Origin: the human T2T-CHM13v2.0 reference genome, Homo sapiens
Assembly (NCBI RefSeq): GCF_009914755.1
Contig: NC_060928.1
Strand: one strand, 5' to 3'
DNA length: 64,000 nucleotides
Shown: one piece after another, positions 37,743 to 50,456 of the stretch
Layout: each line of letters begins with the position of its first letter
Position numbering within the stretch: the first letter of the stretch is position 1
Translations under genes and position numbers: made by a program
Notes under the pieces: model-generated
The model's input: the letters and a program-made list of their open reading frames with translations, nothing else
Told to the model about the DNA's origin: nothing
The model's database searches: none

Positions 37743-37831
37743 TTCTGATGGGTGCCAAGTCACTTACTACATAAACTACAACAATACCAAGTTTTCAGCT
37801 AATTGTTTGCTTAAAGAATCACAGAACTTAC

Positions 37832-38001
37832 ATTCAAGATTTCATTTACATACAAAATTCACTTGAGGTTTTCTGGTTGAAACTTTCAATAGCTTTAAGA
37901 ATTATATTCTCTAATTTTTAAATCACTTGCAGTTTAAGCTCATTTGAGAAACTTTTTTCTCCTTCAGAGTACCGTATTCATTTATCACAGCAAAAACCCA
38001 C
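37832..38001 (-). pseudogene. Dynein relic exon (tail), inside DDX60L 3'UTR: ..KLENIILKAIESFNQKTSSEFCM*MKS
   Basis: Strong gtaagt donor at 37830-37831; resembles DNAH6 VRNAIDKSV..QFCVHLGS (from memory). Confidence 0.55.
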
Positions 38002-38305
38002 CTTTAAAGGTTTGTTTTTGTTATGGTTGCTGTTTGTTCCCTTATGTTTGTTTGTATGCTTGTTTTTTAAGTATGATACTGAGGGCAGAAACAATCTGAA
38101 TTCCATATTCGGGTTCACAGGGTATATATATTTTTTCTGTTAGATACACACTCCTTAATCACTGCCAGGAAGTGTACTCTTGATCATTTAGAAATAAGAA
38201 AGTGTAGGGGACTTAAACAAAATCTATCATTGCTATTGAACAAAACAGTTGAATCAGCATGTTCTGCTTTCAACAGGAAAGTGGTTTATAACTACTCCAA
38301 GTGAC

Positions 38306-38660
38306 TGTTTTAGTCAATTCAGACTGCTTCAACAGAAAACCACAGACTAGATGGCTAAACAACAAACATGTATTTCTCACAATCCTGGAGGCTGGAAAGT
38401 TCAAGATCATGGTGTAAGTAGATTCAGTTCTGTTGAGGGCTTGCTTCTTGGTCTGCAGATGGCCATCTTCCCATTGTATCATCCAGTGGTAGTGAGCAGA
38501 GATTGGAGAACAAGCTCTCTTGTCTCTCTGTTAAAGGCACTAATTACATCCAAGGAGCTCCACCCTCATGACCTATCATCTCCTAATACCATCACATTGA
38601 GGGTTAGAATTTCAATATAAAAATTTTGGAGGGGAGGGCACAAACATCCAGTCCACAGCA
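38306..38660 (-). mobile_element. MLT1A/MLT1A0 solo LTR within DDX60L 3'UTR
   Basis: tatttctcacaatcctggaggctggaaagttcaagatc; TSD gtgac/gtgag. Confidence 0.88.
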
Positions 38661-38869
38661 GTGAGTTTCTTGTAATCTCAGAAGTCTTCTTACATAACTA
38701 AATTGTTGTTCAGAATTGATTTGGGTCCTTTGTGATTTATTGATCATTAATTTAAAATTCAATTAACTTGGGGATGTATTGAAAACTTGACAATGTGAAA
38801 CTAATTTTGCTATACATTAACTACTTAAAAAACCACTACCGTTCATTAAGTCACCACCCAATCCCAATC

Positions 38870-39055
38870 ACTTTTCTTACATTATCTCATTTAATCCTCA
38901 AAACAACTAGAGGTATTCATTTTTACTCTGGTTTTGCCAAAAATGAAGTTAAAGCTCAGATATATTACATAACTTAAAGTCATTCAGTTAGAAAATAGCA
39001 GAGCTGGTATCTGAGTTTAATTCTGTTTGACTCCAAGACAAACATTTTTTCCATT
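38870..39055 (-). mobile_element. MIR in DDX60L 3'UTR
   Basis: attatctcatttaatcctcaaaacaac..gcagagctggtat..tgactccaag. Confidence 0.75.
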
Positions 39056-39134
39056 TCATTGTGTAAGCTTAATTATATCTCTCCTTGCAAAGGGATAAAT
39101 ACCACATAATCAGACTTGAAAGTTTTCCATGGTG

Positions 39135-39264
39135 TTATTCTAAATGATTTTGACTCATTTGAATTTGCATTTCTTGAAGTTTCTCATAAAAGGTTTGACT
39201 CAATTGTTTAAATGCCAGGACTACATTGTCACGCTTATTTTCACATAGTTCACTCAAGGAGTCA
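39135..39264 (-). CDS. DDX60L: DDX60L last coding exon: DSLSELCENKRDNVVLAFKQLSQTFYEKLQEMQIQMSQNHLE-stop
   Basis: atacag acceptor, phase 2, TAA at 39135-39137; C-terminus recognised as DDX60L. Confidence 0.94.
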
Positions 39265-39490
39265 CTGTATAAATGATAATAATAATAAAAAAATAATGAG
39301 CCCACATTTTTATAACAATCAATATTATTAAAAGGTTAGCAGAAGTAATTCCCCCCAAAATCTATCAGATGTAAATATGGAGAAAAAGTACGCAGAATAT
39401 TAATAAAATGCACAGTTATCTTGTAAAATCTTTACAACATACATCATGTATCTTGAGAAAGATAAAGATATATACCTTCACACAGTTCTT

Positions 39491-39800
39491 CTTTTTTTCT
39501 TTTTTCTTTTTCTTTTTTTTTTTTTTTTTGAGACAGAGTCTCGCTCTGTTGCCCAGGTTGGAGTGCAGTGGCGTGATCTGATCTCGGCTCACTGCAACCT
39601 CTGCCTCCTGGGTTCAAGCAATTCTCTGCCTCAGCCTCCTGAGTAGCTGGGATTATAGGCACCCGGCTAATTTTTATATTTTTAGTAGCGACAGGGTTTC
39701 ACCATCTTGGCCAGGCTGGTCTTGAACTCCTGACCTCGTGATCCACCCGCCTCGGCCTCTCAAAGTGCTGGGATTACAGGCGTGGGCCACCGTGTCCGGC
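39491..39800 (-). mobile_element. AluSc-like
   Basis: gacctcgtgatcc; TSD cacagttc(t/c)t at 39481-90 and 39801-10. Confidence 0.93.
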
Positions 39801-40149
39801 CACAGTTCCTCTTTATATTACACCTAAACTTGCTCTGTGAGTTTGTAAGACCACAGAATTCCATATTCTTAGAACCTAGAAGTGTTATTCAACTTCTTTT
39901 CTTCTCTCTACACATCTCATGAAAGCCATATGGACTTCCTAATATAGGGACAATTATTTTTAAAAACCCACAGTCACCCAATTCAGTGGAAAAAAATTCT
40001 GTCCCTATCCATATATCTTAGGATAGAAGCTGGGGTGAATGAGAGGAGACATAGAAAAGTGAGTCCCTCAGCTACCTGACATGCTATTCGAGCATTGCAA
40101 TCAATTGGGATTTGACATTTTGCCATCCTTTTCATTTTCATGCTCCACC

Positions 40150-41245
40150 TTATTCACTCTAGAGCCGAGTTTCAGTTTTTTACTAGTCCTCAGTGGCTGA
40201 ATATTAGGAATGATCACATCTTTATCTCTAAGTCTGAAATTCCTCCAGAGTTTCAGACCTATTATTCTATTGACTGCTGAACATTTCCCCCTGGATGTCT
40301 TATAGACAACACATGTGACATTTTAAATTCCAACTCATACTTTTTTATTGTCAGTTCTGAAGTCATCATCATGTATTCCCTACTTTCATTAACACTATCA
40401 TTAACCAAATTAGAAACCCAATTTGTCATAATATCTCTTTCCCCATTGCATGAATTCCTCCTCTTAAATATTTCTCCAATCCTTATCATTCATTTCTACC
40501 ACCACTGCCTAATTCAAGCCTTCATTTTCTCTCACCTGGAATATGGGTATAGCCTCCAGCTTTAGCTCCCTGCTTTCAGTTTCTCTACCTCTTGAGTTAA
40601 TCTATATACCCTGCCAGAATAATATCTCTAAAACATAGATCTATGTCGTACTCATCCTTAGAAACTCCCCTTTGTCTACCATTTGTCTCACCTTTGTCTA
40701 CCATTTTAAATCCAAACTTCATTGCCTAACAAATAAGACCCTTCGCATATACAACCAAATTCCTTTCAAAGACTCCACACTCACTTCTCAGCATTTTCCC
40801 CAGTCCCTGTCACAACCTCCACATTCTGTACTCCACCATCATTAGCTTGGGGCCTATCCCCGAATACATCAGGACCTTTAATATTTCTGCACATTTGGAT
40901 ACACTATTCTCCCTGCTTAAAATCTGACTACCCTAATTATTCTACTTAATTATCCTAATTAACTAGAATTATATTAAGTATAATTAATCTACTTAATGAA
41001 TTTTCACTTCTCCTTTAAGACCTGATTGGAAATTACATCTTCTATAATGCTTTTTCCGATTATAGTAGCATTAATCATAAAGTTATTTATGTTATCTTAG
41101 TATTTTGTGTATAACTCAATCATAGCACTTACCACATATGACTGTCTACAAGAAAGTTTCTCCCATGACATTGAAGTGCCTGGAAGAGTGCCTCTAACAC
41201 AGTAAGACCTTGATACTTTTATAATTGATAAATGAATGAAGGAAT
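40150..41245 (+). mobile_element. L2 3' region
   Basis: atttcccCctggatgtc; ctctcacctgga; tail ending ttgataaatgaatgaa. Confidence 0.7.
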
Positions 41246-42132
41246 TATTTTTCCTGTTTAAACTCTTGAGATACATTTAAAATCTCCAAAGTTTCTCAGG
41301 CTACTCAAAGAGGTTGTAGCTTTGGTAGCTATAAGCCACTTGAGGAATCCTTTATGTAGAGATACTCCAAGTGGGCAAAGGAGGGTCATCCTAAGACTTT
41401 CACTCTTTGTAGAAAGCTTCCCAAAGGGTCAGACTCGGCTCAGACCAAGGAAAACCACAAATATGTCCTCACTAACAAGGAACTCTAAATAAATATTCTC
41501 CTTCCAAAACTGAATTTACGTGAAAAACCACATACACTTGATAAAGAAGTAAGGACTAGAGGTAAGGAAAATGGAGCTAGACAAAAACTGGATGACCAAT
41601 GGAGCATAGAGAAAGGAGTGCCCACATAGAGTTCATATTTGCTTGGGTCTCTGTTGAGCATTGGGCAGATGAACATAGGAAATCAATGGGAGCTGCCAGA
41701 GTCTGGGAAAGGCACTGGGTACGAGAAAGATTTAACTGCTTTGAAGTGGATATAAACCAGAGACCTACTGAAGTCATTTATCTGACTCAGTGTGACTGCT
41801 CAGCATTTGTAGAAATTGAGTATAGTGAGAGTATAGCGAGGCCTGGAGATTTATGAAGTCATGAGGAAGAGCCTTCCAGGCTCTGATCCGAATGAAATTC
41901 AATTACAAATGGATTTGAGATGAATCTTAATACAAAAAAAACAGTGTGACAGTGTCCTGAGGAATGGGTCTACAGAGCCTTTGGATAGCTGAATTGTAGA
42001 GAACCTGGGAGGCTCAATAGTATCTTCAGAGTGCTCCTTCATGAGAATCACAAACTTACACAAAAGAAGAGCTATATGTTTGCTAAACTATCATTAAATA
42101 ATTGAGAAAATCAAACTCAGCATGAAACATAC

Positions 42133-42195
42133 CTGATAGCCTGAATGTTGAATGCAAAATCTTTCAAACACTTTAAAAGCTGTCCCACACGCATC
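42133..42195 (-). CDS. DDX60L: DDX60L penultimate coding exon (63 nt): MRVGQLLKCLKDFAFNIQAIS
   Basis: ctctttag acceptor, AG|gtatgt donor, phase 2-2. Confidence 0.93.
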
Positions 42196-43159
42196 CTAAA
42201 GAGAACAACATTTCTTAATTAAAAAGTATAAAAACATAAACATAAAAGAATTAACTCAAACTTTAATAGTGGTCTGTCCATGGCAGTTAATTTATCTGCC
42301 AAATGCACTCCCAGTTAAGCATTCTATTGTATTAATCATAATGAAATTGAGAGGCATAGGTAAAAACCACAAAAAAAATTATTAAAGAGATAATTTGACC
42401 ATTATCAAAGGGGGAGGGTGAAATATAAAAGTAAAGCTTAGAAGGGTCAATGAGGACTACAGATTAAAGTGAAAACAAAACAAGTTGACAGACTAATATT
42501 ATTTCTACTTACTTCTTCTACTTTCTTGGTTCTATTTCTACTTTCTTAGTTCTTCATAACTAAGAACTAGACCTAAGAAAAACAGATGTAGCTCAAGATT
42601 TGTCAAGAATAGGAGAACATTGAACAAGATGCAAGATGCCTCTGCCACACTGTCTCTCCTACCAGAAATGACTGGGAGTCAGGGTGGCTTCTTCCTACAG
42701 GAAAATGGCATGCAAAAGACTTCCAGCGGTTTCCATAGCCATCACAGATGCCAGCAGTTCTTGCTACAAGAGAGTCTCCCAGTCCTCACAGGCCCAGAAT
42801 CTATTTTGGAGAGTTGCCAGAAGTTTAAGTAGTTTCGTTGCCCCAGAGTAAGAGCCCACATTGTGTATCTCCTCCTTCATGACCTAAGCAGCTATGGCAT
42901 GATGACATTTTGAAGGCCAGTAGCCAATCTCTCTCTCCATCCCTGAAGCCCCACTATCATTTCACATCCAAAGCTATGTGGCAGCCCACCACCCACTGGG
43001 GAAAAGGCAGACATGCACAGCAAGAAAACCACTGAACAGGTGGCCAGGCCACTGCACCAGTGCATACTCATGCTGCGTAGCCAGAAAAACCACCATGCCT
43101 GCACCAACCCATGCCAAGCCTGGCAGCCAGGGCAGAGGTGGCCCCACCTCCTGAAAAGA

Positions 43160-43470
43160 CTGCGGCATGCCAGTCAGCCCAGCATGCATTTACATGTGCC
43201 TGGCCTGACAGCCAGTTCAGCAGAGGCCTCACCTTCCCAGGGACACTGCCACACAGCCAGCAGTCCCACTACACATGCACTTGGCCCAATATCCAGTTCA
43301 ACAGCAGCCCGACCTCCCCATAGACACTGCCACACAGCTGGCCGGCCCACATATGCCTGCACTCAAACCAACAGCAGTCCAACAGTGGTCTTACCTCCTC
43401 CAGAGACACTACTGCACAGCTGGCTGGCTCACTGCACCCACAGATACCCAGCTCAAGAGCCAGCCTGGTG
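43160..43470 (+). repeat. ~81-bp tandem monomers in the L1 5'UTR
   Basis: gacactgccacacagc-like motif at 43242, 43323 and 43405. Confidence 0.7.
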
Positions 43471-44907
43471 ATAGCCTCACTTCTCTGGAGAGTCCACCAT
43501 ACAGCCTGCTGGCACACTGAACCAAAATATTCCTGCCCCAAATAACCAGCTCAGTGCCCCTGCCCCCACCAAAACCATACCACCAACATCTGTAGCCTAT
43601 CCTCCTGTAGATATCATACAAAAGAACCAAAAAAATCGTGGAGCTAAAGAATTCAATGCATTAAGTTTTAAAAGAATGAGAGCTTTAGCAACAGACTAGA
43701 TCAAGCTAAAGAAATAATTTCTGAATTTGAAGACTGGTCTTTTGAAATAACCAGTCAAAGAGGGAAAAAGAATAAAAAGGAATTAAGAAACCGTATAGGA
43801 CTTATGGGACACCATTAAATGAACAAATATTCACCTTATAGGGGCACCAGAGGGAGAAGTAGAGAGATATTTTGTTATTATTATTAACAAAATAATAGCT
43901 GAAAACTTCCCATGTCTTGGGAGATATATGCATCTAAGAAGCTCAAAAGTCCCCAATTAGTTTCAACCCACAAAGATACTCTCTGAGGCACATTATAACC
44001 AAACTGTCAAAAGTCAAAGACAAAGAATTCTAAATGCTGAAGAGAAAAGCATCAAGTCACACATAACGGAATCCTCATGAGACTATCAGCAGATTCCCAG
44101 CAGAAACCTCACAGGCCAGGAAAGAATGGAATGATATATTCAAAGCGCTGAAAGAAAAAGAAAAGTCAGTCAAGAATACTACATCCAGGAAAGCTATCCT
44201 TCAGAAATGAAGGAGAAATAAAGATCTTCCCAGACAAGCAAAAACTGAGGAAATTTATCACTACTAGTCTAGGCTTACAAGAAATTCTTAAGTGAATGCT
44301 ACAACTAAAAATGAAAGAATGATCATTACTATCACAAAAATATTTGAAAGATTAAAACTCATCGATAGAAGTAAATTCGTAATCAAATTCAGAATAACCT
44401 CATGCTGTCTGGGTGCTACGGAAATCCTTCAGTTCTCTAGTCCGAAAGCTTTAAGTCAAAATGGTCAAAAAACAACAACACCTACAATTAATGACTAAAG
44501 AATACACAATAGATAAAGATGTAAATTAAGTCAACAAAAACAGAAATTATTGTGGGGAAGCAAGAAAGTCTAAAATATTTTTATGTGACCAAAGTCAAGT
44601 TGTTATCAGCATAAAATAGTCTATTATAACTACAAGACTCTTTATGTTAGCACACGATAACCACAAAGAAAGAACTTAGAGCAGGCACACAAATGAGAAA
44701 AAAGAAGAAAATAAAGCTTAGCACCACAGAAAACCACCAAACCACAGACATAAACAACAAGAGAGGAATAAAGGAACAAAGAATCTACAAAACGACCAGA
44801 AAACAATGAACAAAATGGCAGATGTAAGTTCTTACCTACTTATAATTATCTCGAAAATAAATAAAGTCTCCAGTTAAAAGATACAGAGTGAATGGATTTT
44901 ATTTTAA

Positions 44908-45112
44908 AGGTAACAGAGTAAAACCCTGTCTGTACAAAAAAGAAAAATAAAAAATTAGCCAGGTGTGGTGGTGTGCACCTGTAGTCCTAGCTACTCAGGA
45001 GGCTGAGCTGGGAGGACTGAATGAACCCAGGAGTTGGAGGCTGCAGTGAGCTACGATTGTGCCACTGTACTCCAGCCCCAGTGACAGAGAGAGACTCCAT
45101 CTCTTAAAAAAA
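44908..45112 (+). mobile_element. 5'-truncated AluJ
   Basis: aaaattagccaggtgtggtggtgtgcacctgtagtcctagc.. Confidence 0.88.
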
Positions 45113-45540
45113 TTAACTCAATGTACAATTGTATGCTGACTACTACAGAATCACCTCACCATTAAAGACAAGCATAGAATGAAAGTGAAGGAAGGGACAA
45201 AGATATCCCATGCAAAGAGAAATCAAAAGTGAGCAGGAGTAGCAATACTTATATCAGATAAAATGAACTTTAAGACAAAAACTATAAAAAGGACAAAGTC
45301 ATTATATAATGATAAAGGAATCAATTCAACAAGAGGATATAGCATTGTAATTCTATATACCAAAACATCCAAATATATAAAGCAATTATTATTAGATCTA
45401 AAAGGAGAGACAAACTGCAGTATAATAATATTAGGGACTTCAACATCCCACTTTCAACAATGAATGGGTCATCCAGGCGAAAAAATAACAAGGAATCATC
45501 AGAATTAAACTGCACCATAGACCAAATTGACCTAACAGCC

Positions 45541-45664
45541 TTTTTTTAGAGACAGGGTCTTGCTATGATGCCTAGGCTGGTCTTGAACTCCTGACCTCAA
45601 GTGATCATCCCACCTCAACCTCCCAAAGTGCTGGGATTACAGGTGTGGGCCACTGTGCCTGGCT
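45541..45664 (-). mobile_element. Alu left monomer/FLAM_C
   Basis: agacagggtcttgctatgatgcctaggctggtcttgaactcctgacctcaag. Confidence 0.88.
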
Positions 45665-48172
45665 GATATTTTTTACAGAATATTCTGTCCAACAGCTTCA
45701 GAATGCACATTTTTCTCAACCGTACATGGAACATTCTCTTGGATAGATCATATGTTTGATCACCAAACAAGTCTGAACAAATTTAAGAATATAGAGATCA
45801 TATCAAGTAACTTTTCTGAGCAAAATGGTATGAAACTAGAAATCAGCAACAAGAAATGCTCTGGAAAATTTACAAATACATGGAAATTAAACAACTACTC
45901 TTAAAAAAAACCCAACAGATCAATAAGCAAATTAAAAGGGAAACTTAAATATTTCTTAAGACAAATGAGAATGGAAACACATTATAACAAAACTTATGGA
46001 ACACAGAAAAAGCAGTTTTAAAATGGAATTTATAGCAATAAAGGCCTAAATCAAAAAAGAAGAAACATTTTTACTAAACAACCAAATGATGCACCTCAAG
46101 AAACTTAATATACAAGAACAAACTAAACCCAAAACTGGTAGAAGGAAAGAATAAAGCTTAAAGAAGCAGACGTAAACAAAATAGAGGCAAAAAATGCAAT
46201 TTGAAAGGTCAGTGAAATGAAGATGGTTTTAAAAAGATAAACAAAATTGATAAACCTTTAGCTAGACTAAGAAAAATGAGGGAAGACTAAAATAAATAAA
46301 ATTAGATATTAAAAAGGAGACATTACAACAGTTCCACAGAAGTACAAAAAATAATAAGATACTATTATCAACAACTATACACTAACACATTTGATAACAT
46401 GGGAGAAATGGCTAAGTTCCTGGACATATACAACTTCCCAAAATTAAATAAAGAAGAAATAGAAAATCTAAACAGAGCAGTAATGAGAGAAGAAATTGAA
46501 CTAGTAATCATAAGTTTTTCATCAGAAAAAAAAAAAAGCCCACGACTTAATGGCTTCACTGCTGAATTCTACCAAACATTTAAAGAAGACTAATACCAAT
46601 CCTCTTCAAACTATTAAGGGAATTTAAGAGGAGGGACTACTTCCAAATTTTTTTTACAAGACCAACATTATTCTGACTCCAAAACCAGATAAGGATACAG
46701 CAACAACAACAAAAATTATAGGCCAATATCTCTGATAAACACAAATCCAAAAATTCTCAACAAGATACTAGCAAACCAAATTCAAAAGCACATTAAAAAT
46801 GTCATTCAATAAGATCAAGGGGGATTTATCCAGGGAATGCAAGGATAGTGCAATATATGCAAATCAATAAATGAGATAAATCGCATTAACAGGAAAACAA
46901 AAACCATATGATCTTTTGATAGATACAGAAAAGGCATTTGACAAAATTCAAAACATCCCTTCATAATAAAAACTCTTAACAAATTAGGTATAGAAGATAT
47001 GTACGTCAACACAATAAAAGCCATATATGACAAATCCATAGCTAACATCATACGATCAGGAATAAGACAAGGATGCCGACTTTCACCATTTTTATTCAAC
47101 ATAGTACTAGTAGTCCTAGCCAGGGCAAGCAGACAAGAGAATAAATAATTAAAGACATCCAAATCGGAAAGGAAAAAGTCAGATTGTCCCTGTTTTCAGA
47201 CAAGATCTTATATACAGGAAACCCTAAAGACTTAATGAAAAACTGCTAGAACTGATCAACAAATAATATAAATTTGCAGGATACAAAATTAACACACAAA
47301 AATCAGTAGTGTTTCTATGCAATAATAGCAAACTGTCTGAAAATAAAAAGTTTTTTTAAAACAAATTCATTTACAATAGCTACAAAAAATTAGATAATAA
47401 ATAAACAAGAAGGTAAAAGATCTCTACACTGAAAACTGTAAAACATTGATGAAAGAAATTAAAGAGGACACTAAGAAATGAAAAGATATTCCACGTTCAG
47501 GGAATGAAAAAAATAGTATTGTTAAAATGGCCACACTACCCAAAATGATCTATAAATTTAATACAATCTCCATTAAAATACCAATGACATTTTTTACAAA
47601 AATAGGAAAAAAAAATCCTAAAATTTGTAGGAAACCACAAAAAGTCCCAAATATGCAAAGCAATCCTCAGCAAAAAGAATGCAGCTAGAGGCATCACACT
47701 GACTTCAACACACTATATACTACAAAGCTATCATAAACAAAACAGTATGATTCCATCATAAAAACCACATACTTTGACCAATGAAACAGTAGAAAACCCA
47801 GAAATAAATCCACACATTTACACCCAACTGATTTTTTATAAATTAGCTTTTCCCTCATGTGTGCCAAGAACACACACGAGGGAAAAGGGAATGTGTGTTT
47901 AATATGTTATGCCATTATATTATATGTTAATATATTATATGCTATTATATATGTGTTTAATAGGTTATGCTGATATGTTATATGTTAATATGTTAATAAC
48001 ATATTAAATATAATAGCATAATATAATATGCTAATATGTCAATATATGATGCTGGGAAAATTAGATATACACATGCACAAGAATGAGACTAGACTCCTAC
48101 TTCTCACCATATACAAAAATCTACTCAAAATGGTTAAAGACTTAAATGTAAAACCTGAAACTATGAAACAAT

Positions 48173-50456
48173 TAATATGGTTTGGCTGTGTCTCCACACA
48201 AATCTCATCATGAATCTTAACTCCCACAATTACCACATGTCGTGGGAGGAACCCAGTGGGAGATTATTGATTTATGAGGGCGGGTCTTTTCTGCACTGTT
48301 CTTCTGATAGTGAATGAGTCTCATGAGACCTGATGGTTTTAAAAACAGGAATGTCCCTGTATAAGCTCTCTTTTCTCATCTGCCACCATGTGAGACGTGC
48401 CTTTCACCTTCTGCCATGATGGTAAGGTCTCCACAGCCCTATGGAACTCTAAGTCCAATAAAACTTTTTCTTTTGTAAGTTGTCCAGTCTTGGGCATGTC
48501 TTTATCAGCAGTGTGAAAATGAACTAACACAGTAAATTGGTACCAGTAGAGTGGGGTGCTGCTGAAAAGATAACTGAAAATGTGGAAGTGACTTTGGAAC
48601 TGGGTAACAGGCAGAGGTTGAAACAGTTTGGAAAGCTCAGAAGAAGATAGGAAAACGTGGGAAAGTTTGGAACTTCCTAAAGACTTGCTGAATGGCTTTG
48701 CCCAAAATGCTGATAGCAATATGGACAATAAAGTCCAGTCTAAGGTGGTCTCAGATGGAAATGAGGAACTTATTGGGAACTGGAGCAAAGGTAGCTCTTG
48801 TATGTTTTAGCAAAGAGACTGGCAGCATTTTGCCCCTGCCCTAGAGATTTATGGAACTTAGAACTTGAGAGAGATGATTTAGGGTACCTGGAGAAAGAAA
48901 TTTCTAAGCAGCAAAGCATTCAAGAGGTGACTTGGGTACTGTTAAAGGCATTCAGTTTTATAAGAGAAGCAGAGCATAACAGTTTGGAAAATTTGCAGCT
49001 TGGCAATGCAATAGAAAAGAAAATTCCATTTTCTGAGGAGAAATTTAAGCCAGCTGCAGAAATTTGCATAAGTAACAAGGAGCCTAACGTTAATCCCCAA
49101 GACAATGGGGTAAATGTCTCCAGGATGTGGCAGAGGTCTTCATGGCAGACCCTCCCATCAGAGGTCTGGAAACCCAGGAGGAAAAAGTGGTTTCATGGGC
49201 CAGGCCCAGGGTCCCTGTGCTGTGTGCAGCCTAGGGACTTTGTGCCCTGCGTCCCAGCTGCTCCAGCCATGGCTGAAAAAGGCTAATGTAGAGCTTGAGC
49301 CATGGCTCCAAAGGGTGCAAGCCCCAAGCCTTGGTAGCTTCCACATGGTGTTCAGCCTGCAGGTGCACAGAAGTCAATAATTGAGATTTGGGAACCCCTG
49401 CCTAGATTTCAGAAGATGTATGGAAACGCCTGGATGCCCAGGCAGAAGTTTGCTGCAGGAGCAGGGCCCCCATGGAGAACCTGTTCTCAGGCAGTGCAGA
49501 AGGAAAATGTGGGGTCAGAGCCCCCACGCAGAATCCTAAGTGGGGCACTGCCTAGTGGAGCTGTGAGAAGAGGGCCACTATCCTCTGTACCCCAGAATGG
49601 TAGACCCACTGAAAGCTTGCACTGTGCACCTGGAAAAGCCACAGACACTCAATGCCAGCCTGTGAAAGCAGCCAGGAGGGAGGCTGTACCCTGCAAAGCC
49701 AAAGGGGTGGAGCTGCCCAAGACTATGGAAACCCACCTCTTGCATCAGCATGGCTCGGATGCAAGACATGGAGTCAAAAGAGATCATTTTGGAGCTTTAA
49801 GATTTGACTGCCCTGCTGGATTTCAAGTTGCATGGGGCCTGTAGCCCCTTTGTTTTGGCCAATTTCTCCCATTTGGAATGGCTGTATTTACCCAATCCTC
49901 ATACCCCCATTGTATCTAGGAAGTAACTAACTTGCTTTTGATTTTACAGGCTCATAGATGGAATGGACTTGCCTTGTATCAGATAAGATATTGGACAGTA
50001 GACTTTTGAGTTAATGCTGAAATGAGTTAAGACTCTGGGGGACTGCTGGGAAGGCATGATTGGTTTTGAAATGTGAGGACATGAGATTTGGGAGGGGCCA
50101 GGGGCAGAATGATATAGTTTGCCTGTGTCCCCACCCAAATCTTATCTTGAATTGTAACTCCCACAATTCCCATGTGTCATGGGAGGAACCCGGTGCGAGG
50201 TGACTGAATTATGGGGGCAGGTCTTTCCTGAGCTGTTCTCCTGATAGTGAATGAGTCTCACAAGGTCTGATGGTTTTAAAAATGGGAGTTTCCCTGCACA
50301 TGCTCTCTTCTCTTGTCTGCGGCCATGTGAGACATGTCTTTCAACTTCTATCATGATTGTGAGGTTGCGGAACTGTAGGTCAAATAAACCCCTTTCTTTT
50401 TAAATTGCCCAGTCTTGGGTATGTCTTTATCGGCAGTGTGAAAACAAACTAATACA
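48173..50456 (+). mobile_element. Full THE1B-like MaLR provirus (LTR 48173-48531, internal region, LTR 50110-50456)
   Basis: Two homologous LTRs; THE1-int gtaaattggtaccagtagagtgggg; purine tract gggaggggccaggggcagaa. Confidence 0.93.

Larger units (their letters stand above)
37720..39134 (-). other. DDX60L: DDX60L 3'UTR (~1.4 kb, end approximate)
   Basis: Runs from the stop codon to the AATAAA/ATTAAA pair at 37727-37742. Confidence 0.7.

Noticed and set aside
42184-42192. GTG (Val) in MRVGQ where I recall Met in a reference protein
   Set aside because: Recollection uncertain; at most a common polymorphism.
48339-50354. ORFs of 140-160 aa as novel genes
   Set aside because: They lie within THE1 internal/LTR sequence.
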